From: Candidatus Eiseniibacteriota bacterium
Lineage (GTDB): Bacteria; Eisenbacteria; RBG-16-71-46
Direction: 5' to 3'
Length of the DNA: 64,000 nucleotides
Assembly (NCBI GenBank): GCA_038231135.1
Contig: JBBRLX010000017.1
Span: 17,151 to 81,150, forward strand
Under the pieces are notes generated by a model. That model searched no databases. It worked only from the letters and a program-made list of their open reading frames with translations, and had not been told where the DNA came from. Positions 46,769-55,461 of the stretch are shown in pieces. Position numbers and translations under genes: made by a program. The stretch's first letter is position 1; the number at the start of each line of letters is the position of its first letter.

Positions 46769-47287
46769 CTGACCGTTCCCCTCCACATCGCCGTGCCCGC
46801 GCTGACGCTCGTGGCCGTCGCCACGCTGATCGAGATGCGCACGCGGCGCGTGCCGCGGATCCTGCCGCGCATCGCGCTCGTCGCGGCGCTCGCGGTCCAC
46901 GGCCTCACCGGCGAAGACCACGGGCTCATCGGCTCGGCACTCGGCCTCGCGATCGCCTGGGCCTTGCTGATGCCGGCGTGGTTCGTGGGCTGGCTGCGCG
47001 GCCGTGACGTGGGACTCGTCGCCGCCGTGGGTGCGTGGCTCGGTCTGCCTTTCGGCCCGCTGGCCGCGGTGGCGACGCTGGTGTTTGGCGCCGTCCTCGC
47101 GCTCGTCAGTGCGGCCCGTCGCGGTGTGATGCCGGGTTCGCTGTGGGGCGCCGCCGGTCTGGCGGCATGGGCGGCCACTTCGCGCGGGCGCGCGTCGATG
47201 CCGCAGCCGCCGGCCTCGAGCGTGCAGATTCCGTTCAGCCTCGCGGTACTCGCGGGCGCCGGCGCCTCGCTGCTGTTTCACGGCTGA
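46769..47287 (+). CDS. Prepilin peptidase A24 (CpaA/TadV)-like protein, degenerate
   Basis: xEMRTRRVP, GRDVGL..AVGAWLG and C-terminal IPFSLA match the CpaA layout. Start is CTG at 46769 (after GGGAG) or GTG at 46793. Confidence 0.75.
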   Translation: MTVPLHIAVPALTLVAVATLIEMRTRRVPRILPRIALVAALAVHGLTGEDHGLIGSALGLAIAWALLMPAWFVGWLRGRDVGLVAAVGAWLGLPFGPLAAVATLVFGAVLALVSAARRGVMPGSLWGAAGLAAWAATSRGRASMPQPPASSVQIPFSLAVLAGAGASLLFHG

Positions 47288-47415
47288 GTTCCAGGACCAC
47301 CCCCGCGTACGATTCTCGGGCGGCGGAAGGGCTGAGCTGAGACGTGCCGGGTCGCGTTCGGGGCCCCCAAGTCCCTTCGGGGCTGTCGCGCGCTGAGTTA
47401 TCATCGGCGGCCATC

Positions 47416-48957
47416 ATGGCCACCTCCACCCTGCGCGCGCTGCCCTCGGTCGACGCGTTGCTCCGCCATCCCGCGCTTGCCGCGCTCTCGGGCACCATGC
47501 CGCGCTCGATCCTGGTCGACGCAGTCCGGACGGAACTCGCGGCCGCCCGTATGGCCCTGACCGCTCCGTCCGCCAAGGCCGCCAAGGGCGCCAGGGGCTC
47601 CCGGTCCTCCGGCAGGGCGGCCAGGTCAGCCGGGTCCGTGAAGGGCGCCGCGACCACGGCCCGGCGGACGAATGGCTCGCCGGCCGCGGCCGTCCGGCTC
47701 GTCGCTCCCACGCTCGAAGTCCTCGCCGCACGCGCCGCCGGCCGCGCCCGGGCCGACCAGCGGCCGCAGCTCGTGCGCGTGCTGAACGGCACCGGCATCG
47801 TGCTGCACACGAACCTGGGCCGCTCACCGTTCTCGGACGCCGCGCGGCGGGCCGTGGACGAGGTGGCGCGCGGCTATTCGAACCTCGAGTTCGATCTCGC
47901 GACCGGGGCCCGCGGGCAGCGCGGGCCGGGGATCGAGCGGCGGCTCATGCAGCTCACCGGCGCCGAAGCCGGGCTGGTCGTGAACAACGGCGCCGCGGCG
48001 ATCCTGCTCGCGCTGTCGGCGATCGCGGCGGGCCGGGGCGTGATCGTGTCGCGCGGCGAGCTGGTCGAGATCGGCGGCTCGTTCCGGATTCCCGACGTCA
48101 TGGAGAAGAGCGGCGCACGGCTGATCGAGGTCGGCACCACGAACCGCACGCACCTGCGCGACTACGAGCGGGCGCTCGACAAGCATCCCGACGCCGCGGC
48201 GATCCTGCGCGTCCATCGCAGCAACTTCCGGATCGAAGGCTTCACGGCGATCCCCGAGCTACGCGAGCTCGCGGCGCTCGCGCACCGCCGGAAGGTGGCG
48301 ATGATCGAGGACCTCGGCAGCGGAGCGCTGGTCGACCTCGCGGCGCTGGGTCTGGACCCCGAACCCACCGTAAGAGAAAGTTTGACTGCGGGATGCGAGG
48401 TTGTTACTTTTTCAGGCGACAAGCTCCTGGGATCTTCACAAGCCGGGCTCGTCGTGGGCCGGAAACGCTGGCTCGATCGAATCCGACGTGATCCGCTCGC
48501 CCGCGCGTTGCGCGTGGACAAGCTGACACTCGCCGCACTCGACGCCACGTTGTTCGCCTACCTCGATCCGGCCCGCGCCATTCGGGAGATCCCGGCGCTG
48601 GCGATGCTCAACACCCCGCAGGACACCCTGGAACAGCGCGCGCGCCGGATGGCCCAAGCGATCGAGCGCGCCGCCCCCGGCGTCTCGGCACGCGTCGGGC
48701 GAGGCGCGGGAGAAGTGGGAGGGGGGGCACTTCCCCTCACGCGGCTCCCGGGCTGGGTGGTCGCAATCGATGATCCCGAGCGGAGCGCGGACGAGCTCGA
48801 GGCGCTCGCCCGTGCGGCGGATCCGCCCGTGGTCGGATTCATTCGCGACGGCACGTTCAGGATGGACGTACGCACCCTCACCGATGCGGACGTGGACGAG
48901 GCGGTACAGTCGCTCGCCCGCGCGCGCAGCTCCGGCGCAGTCGCCGAAAAGGAATAG
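47416..48957 (+). CDS. selA: L-seryl-tRNA(Sec) selenium transferase
   Basis: LPSVD, NGTGIVLHTNLGR, VNNGAAA, VEIGGSFRIPD, EVGTTNRT, FSGDKLLG, RALRVDK. Confidence 0.96.
   Translation: MATSTLRALPSVDALLRHPALAALSGTMPRSILVDAVRTELAAARMALTAPSAKAAKGARGSRSSGRAARSAGSVKGAATTARRTNGSPAAAVRLVAPTLEVLAARAAGRARADQRPQLVRVLNGTGIVLHTNLGRSPFSDAARRAVDEVARGYSNLEFDLATGARGQRGPGIERRLMQLTGAEAGLVVNNGAAAILLALSAIAAGRGVIVSRGELVEIGGSFRIPDVMEKSGARLIEVGTTNRTHLRDYERALDKHPDAAAILRVHRSNFRIEGFTAIPELRELAALAHRRKVAMIEDLGSGALVDLAALGLDPEPTVRESLTAGCEVVTFSGDKLLGSSQAGLVVGRKRWLDRIRRDPLARALRVDKLTLAALDATLFAYLDPARAIREIPALAMLNTPQDTLEQRARRMAQAIERAAPGVSARVGRGAGEVGGGALPLTRLPGWVVAIDDPERSADELEALARAADPPVVGFIRDGTFRMDVRTLTDADVDEAVQSLARARSSGAVAEKE
48382..48410 (+). 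promoter_or_regulatory. Internal sigma70 promoter in selA
   Basis: TTGACT-17 nt-TACTTT within a sharply AT-enriched codon patch. Confidence 0.65.
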
Positions 48958-48959
48958 GG

Positions 48960-51900
48960 ATGTTCCTGCACAAGCTCGAGATCCAGGGCTTCAAGTCGTT
49001 CGTCGACCGTACGGTGGTCGAATTCGGCGACGGCATGACCGGCGTGATAGGTCCCAACGGCTGCGGCAAGACCAACGTCTCGGACGCGATCCGCTGGGTG
49101 CTGGGCGAGCAGAGCGCCAAGACCCTCCGCGGCGACTCCATGGAAGACGTGATCTTCAACGGCTGCCCCACGCGCAAGCCGGTCGGGATGGCGGAAGTCC
49201 ATCTGACGTTCAAGAACGAGAACGGCATCCTGCCGACGGAGTACTCCGAGGTCACGATCTCGCGCCGCGTGTTCCGCTCCGGCGTGTCCGAGTACTTCCT
49301 CAACAAGACGCCGTGCCGCCTCAAGGACATCCGCGACCTGTTCTACGACACCGGCATGGGCAGCAACGCCTATTCGGTGATCGAGCGGTCGATGGTGGAC
49401 CACGTGCTGTCGGACAACTCGGGGCACCGGCGGTTCCTGTTCGAGGAGGCCTCGGGCATCACCAAGTACAAGGCGCGCAAGAAGGAGGCGCTGGGCAAGC
49501 TCGACGCCACCGAGATCGACCTCACGCGGCTCAACGACATCGTGTTCGAGATCGAGCGCGAGCTGCGCTCGCTGGCGCGGCAGGTCGGCAAGGCGCGCCG
49601 CTACCAGCGGCTGCGCGAAGCGGTGCGAGATCTCGATCTGGTGCTGACGGCGCGCCAGGTCGAATCGCTGCGCACCCGCGAGAAGGACGCGGCCGAGCAG
49701 TACCAGAGCGAGGCGGTGCGCCGTGAAGGCGTGGCGGCGCAGCTCGCGACGCTCGAGGCCCGGCTCAACGACCAGAAGCTCGCGCTGCTCGAACTCGAGC
49801 GCGAGCTGTCGACGGCCCAGGCCGGCCTGCGCGACCGCGAGGAGGCGCGCCTCAAGGCCGAGCAGCAGACCGTGCTGCTCGAGGAGCGCGGCGCGGGATT
49901 GCGCCGGCGCGCGGCGGAGGCGGGTGACGAGGCCGAGCGTCTCGGCGAGCGGCTCGAGGAGGTCCGCCACGACGAGCAGATCGCGGTCGAACGCAAGGCC
50001 GAGCTGCACGGCCAGCTCGAGCAGGCGCAGGCGGACGCCGAGGCGCTGGAGCAGACGCTCGCGGGCCTCGAGGCCGAGCTGCGGACCCACCGGACGGTCG
50101 CAGCCGACCACAAGCAGTTGTCGCTCGACCTGTTCTCGGCGGAGGCCGAGAAGTCCGGCGCCCGCGAGCGGGCGCGCGAGCGCCGCACGGCGCTCGACGA
50201 ACGGCTGACCGCGACGCGCGGCAAGCTGGAATCCATGGACACCCGCATCGCCGAGCTGGCGCGGGTGACGGCGGAGGGCGAGGAGCGCCAGCGTGGGGCC
50301 GCGGCCGAGCTGGAACAGTCCCGGGCCGCGCTCGCGGGCGTCGAGGCCACGCTCCTGGTCCTGGCCACCGAGACCGAGGATGCCGACGCCACGATCTCCC
50401 GGCTGCGGCAGGATTCGGCGGCCGCGGAATCGCGGCTGGCCACGCTGCTCGAGCTCAAGCGTAACTTCGAAGGGGTGTCGGAAGGCGTGAAGGGCCTGCT
50501 GACCGGCAGCCAGATCGCGAGCGTGCTGGGCGTCGTCGCCGATGTGCTGCAGGTGCCGGGGCGCTATCTCGACGCGCTCGAGGCCTCACTCGGCGAGGCG
50601 TCGGCGTTCGTGCTCGTCGAGCACTCCTCCGCCCGCGACGCGGCGCTCGAGCGCCTGCGCGGGCTGCCCAGCGGCCGCGCCACCCTGATCGACCTGTCGG
50701 CGCTCACGCCGGGTGCCTTGCCGCCCCTGCCGCAGGACGCCGGCATCCTGGGCCGCGCCTCGGACCTGGTGCGCTGCGACGACGCGCACCGCCCGCTCGT
50801 CGAGCGGCTGCTCGGTTCGGTCGCGATGGTCGAGGACCGCGACACCGCGCGGCGCCTGTCGGCGCACAGCGAGGGCGGCCTCCGATTCGTGAGCCTCGAC
50901 GGCGAAGTGTGGGAGCGCGGGCGCGTGCGCGCCGGTTCCGCGACCTCGCTGTCGGGCCTGCTGCACCGCGAGACCGAGATCCGCGACCTCACCGGCATGA
51001 TCGCCGAGCTGGGGCTCGCGATCGAGGCCGCGCTGCGTGAGCGCGACGGGCTGCTGGAGCGCCGGGGCGTGGCGCTCGATCAGCGCGCCGCCGCCGCCGC
51101 CGGGCTCGATGCCCGGCGCAACACGCTGGACGCACTGATGCGCGATCTCGAGGCCGCCACGCGCGAGTCGCGGTGGGCGAGCGACGAGGCGGTGGCGCGC
51201 CGCCAGGAGATCGCGAGCCTCGACTCCGAGGGCGAGACGCTCGATCGCACGCTGCAGCAGGCCGAGGCCGATCTCGCCGCGTTCCAGGGCGAGCTCGAAC
51301 GGGCGCGCGCGCAGCTCGCGGACCTCGACGGCGTGGTGCACGCGATCGAATCCCGCCGCGACGCGGCGTCGCTCGCGGCCCAGGAGTCGCGCGAGGCGCT
51401 GCTGCGGGCGTCGCGCGAGGAGTCCGATTGGCAGGCGCGCTGGGCGCGCGCGGAGCAGACGCGCCAGGAGCTCGAGGCGTCGCTCGAATCGCGGCGCACC
51501 GAGCAGCGCGACGCGCTGGGCCGCGTGGAGGAGATCGGCGCCGAGATCTCAGGTCTCGCCGCGGGCCTCGCCGGCCTGTTCGAATCCGAGTCCGACCAGC
51601 GCGGCCGGGTGACCGCGCTGCAGGCGCGCTACCAGGAGCTCAAGATCGCGGTGCAGGGCGGCGAGGACGAGGCCCGGGCGCGGCGCTTCGAGGCCACCGA
51701 ATTGAGCGAGCTGCTGCACACCGTGGAACTCGACCGCGTGCAGTGCCGCGCCGAGCTCGACCGCACGTTCGAGCGGCTGCGCACCGAGTACGCAATGGAA
51801 CCCGAGTCGTGGCAGCCCGCAGCCGAACCCGAAGGCTTCGATCCCGGGCCGGCCGCGGAGCAGCTCGCCGACGCGCGCGAACGGCTGCGCACCGCGGGCA

Positions 51901-52541
51901 TGGTGAATCTGCTGGCGCTCGAGGAGTACACGAAGAAGAAGGAGCGCTGGGAGTTCCTCACCCAGCAGCGTGCGGACCTGCTCAGCGCCAAGGGCCAGCT
52001 GCTCGAGGCGATCGACAAGATCAACGTGACCGCGAGTGCGCTGTTCGTCGAGACGTTCGCGAAGGTGCAGGAGCACTTCCGCGACATCTTCACGACGCTG
52101 TTCGAAGGCGGCGACTCGGAGCTGCGCGCGGTGGGCGAGGATCCGCTGGAGTGCGAGATCGAGATCGTCGCCAAGCCGCGGGGCAAGCACCTGCAGAGCA
52201 TCAGCCTGATGTCGGGCGGCGAGCGTGCGCTCACCGCGATCGCGCTGCTGTTCGCGATCTACCTGGTCAAGCCGTCGCCGTTCTGCCTGCTCGACGAGGT
52301 CGATGCGCCGCTCGACGACGCGAACGTGGAGCGGTTCCTGCGCATGCTGCGCCGGTTCAGCGACCGCACGCAGTTCGTGGTGATCACGCACAACAAGAAG
52401 AGCATGGAAGCCGCCGGCATGCTGTACGGCGTCACCATGCAGGAGCTCGGCGTGTCGACGCTGGTGTCGGTGTCGTTCGACGGCATCGACCGCACGCTGC
52501 GCGGTCAGCGCCCCCGCGACCTGGCGGAGGTCGGCGCCTAG
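48960..52541 (+). CDS. smc: Chromosome segregation protein SMC
   Basis: GFKSF, GPNGCGKTN, EEASGI, coiled coils and hinge, MSGGE, LLDEVDAPLD. Confidence 0.98.
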   Translation: MFLHKLEIQGFKSFVDRTVVEFGDGMTGVIGPNGCGKTNVSDAIRWVLGEQSAKTLRGDSMEDVIFNGCPTRKPVGMAEVHLTFKNENGILPTEYSEVTISRRVFRSGVSEYFLNKTPCRLKDIRDLFYDTGMGSNAYSVIERSMVDHVLSDNSGHRRFLFEEASGITKYKARKKEALGKLDATEIDLTRLNDIVFEIERELRSLARQVGKARRYQRLREAVRDLDLVLTARQVESLRTREKDAAEQYQSEAVRREGVAAQLATLEARLNDQKLALLELERELSTAQAGLRDREEARLKAEQQTVLLEERGAGLRRRAAEAGDEAERLGERLEEVRHDEQIAVERKAELHGQLEQAQADAEALEQTLAGLEAELRTHRTVAADHKQLSLDLFSAEAEKSGARERARERRTALDERLTATRGKLESMDTRIAELARVTAEGEERQRGAAAELEQSRAALAGVEATLLVLATETEDADATISRLRQDSAAAESRLATLLELKRNFEGVSEGVKGLLTGSQIASVLGVVADVLQVPGRYLDALEASLGEASAFVLVEHSSARDAALERLRGLPSGRATLIDLSALTPGALPPLPQDAGILGRASDLVRCDDAHRPLVERLLGSVAMVEDRDTARRLSAHSEGGLRFVSLDGEVWERGRVRAGSATSLSGLLHRETEIRDLTGMIAELGLAIEAALRERDGLLERRGVALDQRAAAAAGLDARRNTLDALMRDLEAATRESRWASDEAVARRQEIASLDSEGETLDRTLQQAEADLAAFQGELERARAQLADLDGVVHAIESRRDAASLAAQESREALLRASREESDWQARWARAEQTRQELEASLESRRTEQRDALGRVEEIGAEISGLAAGLAGLFESESDQRGRVTALQARYQELKIAVQGGEDEARARRFEATELSELLHTVELDRVQCRAELDRTFERLRTEYAMEPESWQPAAEPEGFDPGPAAEQLADARERLRTAGMVNLLALEEYTKKKERWEFLTQQRADLLSAKGQLLEAIDKINVTASALFVETFAKVQEHFRDIFTTLFEGGDSELRAVGEDPLECEIEIVAKPRGKHLQSISLMSGGERALTAIALLFAIYLVKPSPFCLLDEVDAPLDDANVERFLRMLRRFSDRTQFVVITHNKKSMEAAGMLYGVTMQELGVSTLVSVSFDGIDRTLRGQRPRDLAEVGA

Positions 52542-52567
52542 TGTCCTGATGGGACACTGGCTCCCCC

Positions 52568-53467
52568 ATGAATCTGTGGAGCAAGTTCCGCCAGGGGCTG
52601 ACGCGAACCCGTGAGGCCATCGGTGAGCGGGTGGGGGGCCTGCTCGGCCGCCACACGGTCGACCCCGAGACACGCGAACGGCTGGAAGAGGCGCTGCTCG
52701 CCGCCGATGTCGGTCCCGCCACCACGGACAAGCTGCTGGAGCAGGCGCAGGCGCTGCTGAACCGCGAGCCCGGCCTCGACCTGCGGCAGGCGCTCGAACG
52801 CACCGCCGCCGGCATCGTGGGCGCCCAGCGCGCCACGTTCGAACCCGGGAACGAGCGGCCGTGGGTGGCGCTGCTGGTGGGCGTGAACGGCGTCGGCAAG
52901 ACGACGTTCGCCGGCAAGCTCGCGCACCGGTTCGCGGCGCGGCGCCAGTCCACGCTGCTGGTCGCCGCCGACACGTTCCGCGCCGCCGCGAGCGAGCAGC
53001 TCGGCGTGTGGGCCGAACGCGCTGGGGTGCACGTGGTGCGGGCGCGGGACGGCGCCGATCCGACCGCCGTGGTGCACGACGCGCTCGAATCGGCGCGTGC
53101 CCGGGACGTGGAGGTCGTGCTGGTCGACACCGCGGGCCGGCTGCACACCAAGCAGAACCTGATGGCCGAGCTCGAGAAGATGCAGCGCACCTGTGCCCGG
53201 CTCGTGCCCGGCGCGCCGCATCACGTGCTGCTGGTGCTCGACGCCACGCTCGGGCAGAACGGTCTCGCCCAGGCGCGCGAGTTCCAGCGCGCGCTCCCGG
53301 TGACCAGCCTCGCGCTCACGAAGCTCGATGGCACGGCGCGCGGCGGGGCGGTGCTGGCGATCGCAGATCAGCTCCAGCTGCCGATCAGCGTGGTCGGGCT
53401 CGGCGAGGGCATCGACGACTGGGAGCCGTTCGACCCCGAAGCGTTCGCGCGCGGGCTGTTCGAATAG
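52568..53467 (+). CDS. ftsY: SRP receptor FtsY (short NG form)
   Basis: GVNGVGKTT, DTFRAAA, DTAGR, TKLDGTARGG. Confidence 0.97.
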   Translation: MNLWSKFRQGLTRTREAIGERVGGLLGRHTVDPETRERLEEALLAADVGPATTDKLLEQAQALLNREPGLDLRQALERTAAGIVGAQRATFEPGNERPWVALLVGVNGVGKTTFAGKLAHRFAARRQSTLLVAADTFRAAASEQLGVWAERAGVHVVRARDGADPTAVVHDALESARARDVEVVLVDTAGRLHTKQNLMAELEKMQRTCARLVPGAPHHVLLVLDATLGQNGLAQAREFQRALPVTSLALTKLDGTARGGAVLAIADQLQLPISVVGLGEGIDDWEPFDPEAFARGLFE

Positions 53468-53543
53468 CCGCCGGCGCGCGGCCCCGTCGAGATCGGACGG
53501 CGGACGTGCCGGAACCGCTCCCCACGGACTATCGCACCGCGGT

Positions 53544-54458
53544 TCAGCTCGTTCTGTGGCCCTTCGGCCGGGGCGCCGGGGTCGCGCCGGCGGCAGCGGC
53601 GGCATCCTGCGCCCGCAGGCTGCGGCGGAAGCGTTGGGGAACCAGCCCGGATTCGAGGCCCGAGCCGAAATCCAGCAGCCGCGCCTGGCCCGTCGACAGG
53701 CCCACGAGCCGCAGGTCCTCGGCGTCCTTGGAGTGGCCGATCAGCCAGGTCTTGCGCTTGACCGTGTTCTCGATGTTCTCGCGCGCGATGTGGGTGATCG
53801 GCACCTTCTCCGTGTAATAGATCGTCCGGATATCGCGCACCTCGGTGCGGGAACTGCTGTCGCCCTCGTCCTTCGTCGCCGCCACGCCCTCCTCCATCTT
53901 GATCAGCTTGCACGAGTAGGTGCCGCGCGGCACGTGCACCGTGTCCGCGCCCACGGTGTCCACGTTCCACGCCGTGTGCTCGCCGGGCGGTTTGCGATTC
54001 TTGAGCGTGAGCGGCGGGCGCCGGGTGATGTCCTCCATCGGCGTGCCGTCCTCCCGCACGTCGCTGACGCTCTTGCGCATGAACAGCTTCATGCGCTGCG
54101 CCGCGAGCGTATCGTCGAACACCGAATACGACATCAGGGTGGCGATCGCCGTCGGCGCTTCGTTGCCTTGATTCTGGGAGCGCGTTTCGACCCAGAAGCA
54201 GTCCTCGCCCCAGAACCGCTCCTCGCCCGCGATCAGCACGGTCACGACGTAGTCGGCGCCGTCGCCCTTGTCGTTGGCGCCGACCACGTGGTAGCTCACC
54301 CAGTCGCCGACCTTGAACGCATGAGGCCGGGAGTAATCGATCAGGCCGATCGCGTTCATGACGGCCGGAGCCGGCGTGACGCGAGGGCGTTCGGGCGCGG
54401 CGCCCGTCAAAGCTCCCAGGGAACCGGCCAGCAGCAGCAGGACGATGGCACGACGCAT
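53544..54458 (-). CDS. Exported hypothetical protein
   Basis: Signal peptide MRRAIVLLLLAGSLGA; strong codon bias; FKVGDWVSY and VHVPRGTYSC motifs. Confidence 0.75.
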   Translation of the reverse strand: MRRAIVLLLLAGSLGALTGAAPERPRVTPAPAVMNAIGLIDYSRPHAFKVGDWVSYHVVGANDKGDGADYVVTVLIAGEERFWGEDCFWVETRSQNQGNEAPTAIATLMSYSVFDDTLAAQRMKLFMRKSVSDVREDGTPMEDITRRPPLTLKNRKPPGEHTAWNVDTVGADTVHVPRGTYSCKLIKMEEGVAATKDEGDSSSRTEVRDIRTIYYTEKVPITHIARENIENTVKRKTWLIGHSKDAEDLRLVGLSTGQARLLDFGSGLESGLVPQRFRRSLRAQDAAAAAGATPAPRPKGHRTS

Positions 54459-54461
54459 GCA
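54446..54461 (+). promoter_or_regulatory. sigma54 (-24/-12) promoter candidate upstream of radC
   Basis: TGGCAC-GACGC-ATGCA, one mismatch to consensus; overlaps the start codon of the divergent gene. Confidence 0.5.
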
Positions 54462-54583
54462 AAATCTCCGGTGTCTCGAGGTCGCTCGCGCGCGTTTCAT
54501 GAGGCGGTTCGAACGGGGAGCCGGCATTATCCCGCACCGCCCCGCGCGATGGAAATCGCCACCGCCCCCCAGGGTGCCGTGTC

Positions 54584-55318
54584 ATGAACCAGGTTGTCGG
54601 GGCAGATCCCGTGTTGGGTGGTGAGTCGGAACCGGAGCCGGGGAGCGATCGGGGGGCCGCCGACCTCGCCGCTGGTCCCGCGGAGCGTCCGCGCGAGAAA
54701 CTGCGGGCGCGTGGCGCGGGAGCCCTGAGCGACGCCGAGCTGATCGCGCTGCTGCTGGGCACGGGCGTCCGCGGGCACAGTGCCGGGCGCATCGCGCGCT
54801 CGATTGCCCGCGGGAGCCCGGCCGAGCTGTCGGTGTGGACGCTGCGCCGCTGGCTCGAGGTGCCGGGCGTCGGGCTCGCCCGCGCGGCCGCGCTCACCGC
54901 GGCGTTCGAGCTGGGCCGCCGCGCGGGCGAGCGGCCGGCGGCGAGCCTGCCGATCCGCGGCCCCGAGGACGTGCTGGCCCAGGTGCGCGATCTGCCGCGC
55001 GCGCGCCGCGAGCACTTCGTGGTCCTGCTGCTCAACGCCCGCCACGAGCTGCAATGCCGGGAGACGGTCTCGATCGGCAGCCTCAACGCCTCCATCGTGC
55101 ACCCGCGCGAGGTGTTCCTGCCCGCGATCCTGCACTCGGCAGCCAGCGTCGTGCTGGTGCACAACCATCCGAGCGGCGATCCCGAGCCGAGCGAGGAGGA
55201 CCTGAGCATCACCCGGCGGCTCGTCCAGGTGGGCGACCTCGTCGGCATCGGGGTGCTCGATCACGTGATCGTGGCGACCCGGGGCATCGTCAGCTTCAAG
55301 GCCCGCCAGCTGATGTAG
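54584..55318 (+). CDS. radC: RadC/JAB-domain (UPF0758) protein
   Basis: RPREKL...G..ALSDAEL, VHPREVF, HNHPSGDPEPS..D, LDHVIV. Confidence 0.96.
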   Translation: MNQVVGADPVLGGESEPEPGSDRGAADLAAGPAERPREKLRARGAGALSDAELIALLLGTGVRGHSAGRIARSIARGSPAELSVWTLRRWLEVPGVGLARAAALTAAFELGRRAGERPAASLPIRGPEDVLAQVRDLPRARREHFVVLLLNARHELQCRETVSIGSLNASIVHPREVFLPAILHSAASVVLVHNHPSGDPEPSEEDLSITRRLVQVGDLVGIGVLDHVIVATRGIVSFKARQLM

Positions 55319-55461
55319 CAAACTCCTCGTTTCCGTTGGGAATTCGGCCGAAACCTCCTAGACTGCCGGGGTGGCCGCGTCTGCTGGCCGGCGATTCGTG
55401 CCCCTCCCCGGCAATTCCGCTCGCGAACCCCTGGCCGTTCCGAGCTCAACTGGAGGTCCTG

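Noticed and set aside
46552..46772. Short ORFs as a possible Flp pilin
   Set aside because: No G|xxxxEY motif or hydrophobic pilin helix.
47344..47370. GGGTCGCGTTCGGGGCCCCCA as the missing 3' half of the tRNA-Arg fragment (CGGGGCC complements GGCCCCG and is followed by C-CCA)
   Set aside because: There is no complete T-arm, the discriminator would be C, and such a GC heptamer is expected by chance. Worth rechecking only if relatives show an intact tRNA between livF and selA.
47325..47380. GGAAGGG...CCCTTC upstream of selA as tRNA-Sec
   Set aside because: Too short, with no TCA anticodon loop or T-arm; only a hairpin.
54584..55318. radC as a marker of a mobile element
   Set aside because: It is the full-length chromosomal form with the N-terminal HhH region; no integrase, transposase or att repeats nearby.
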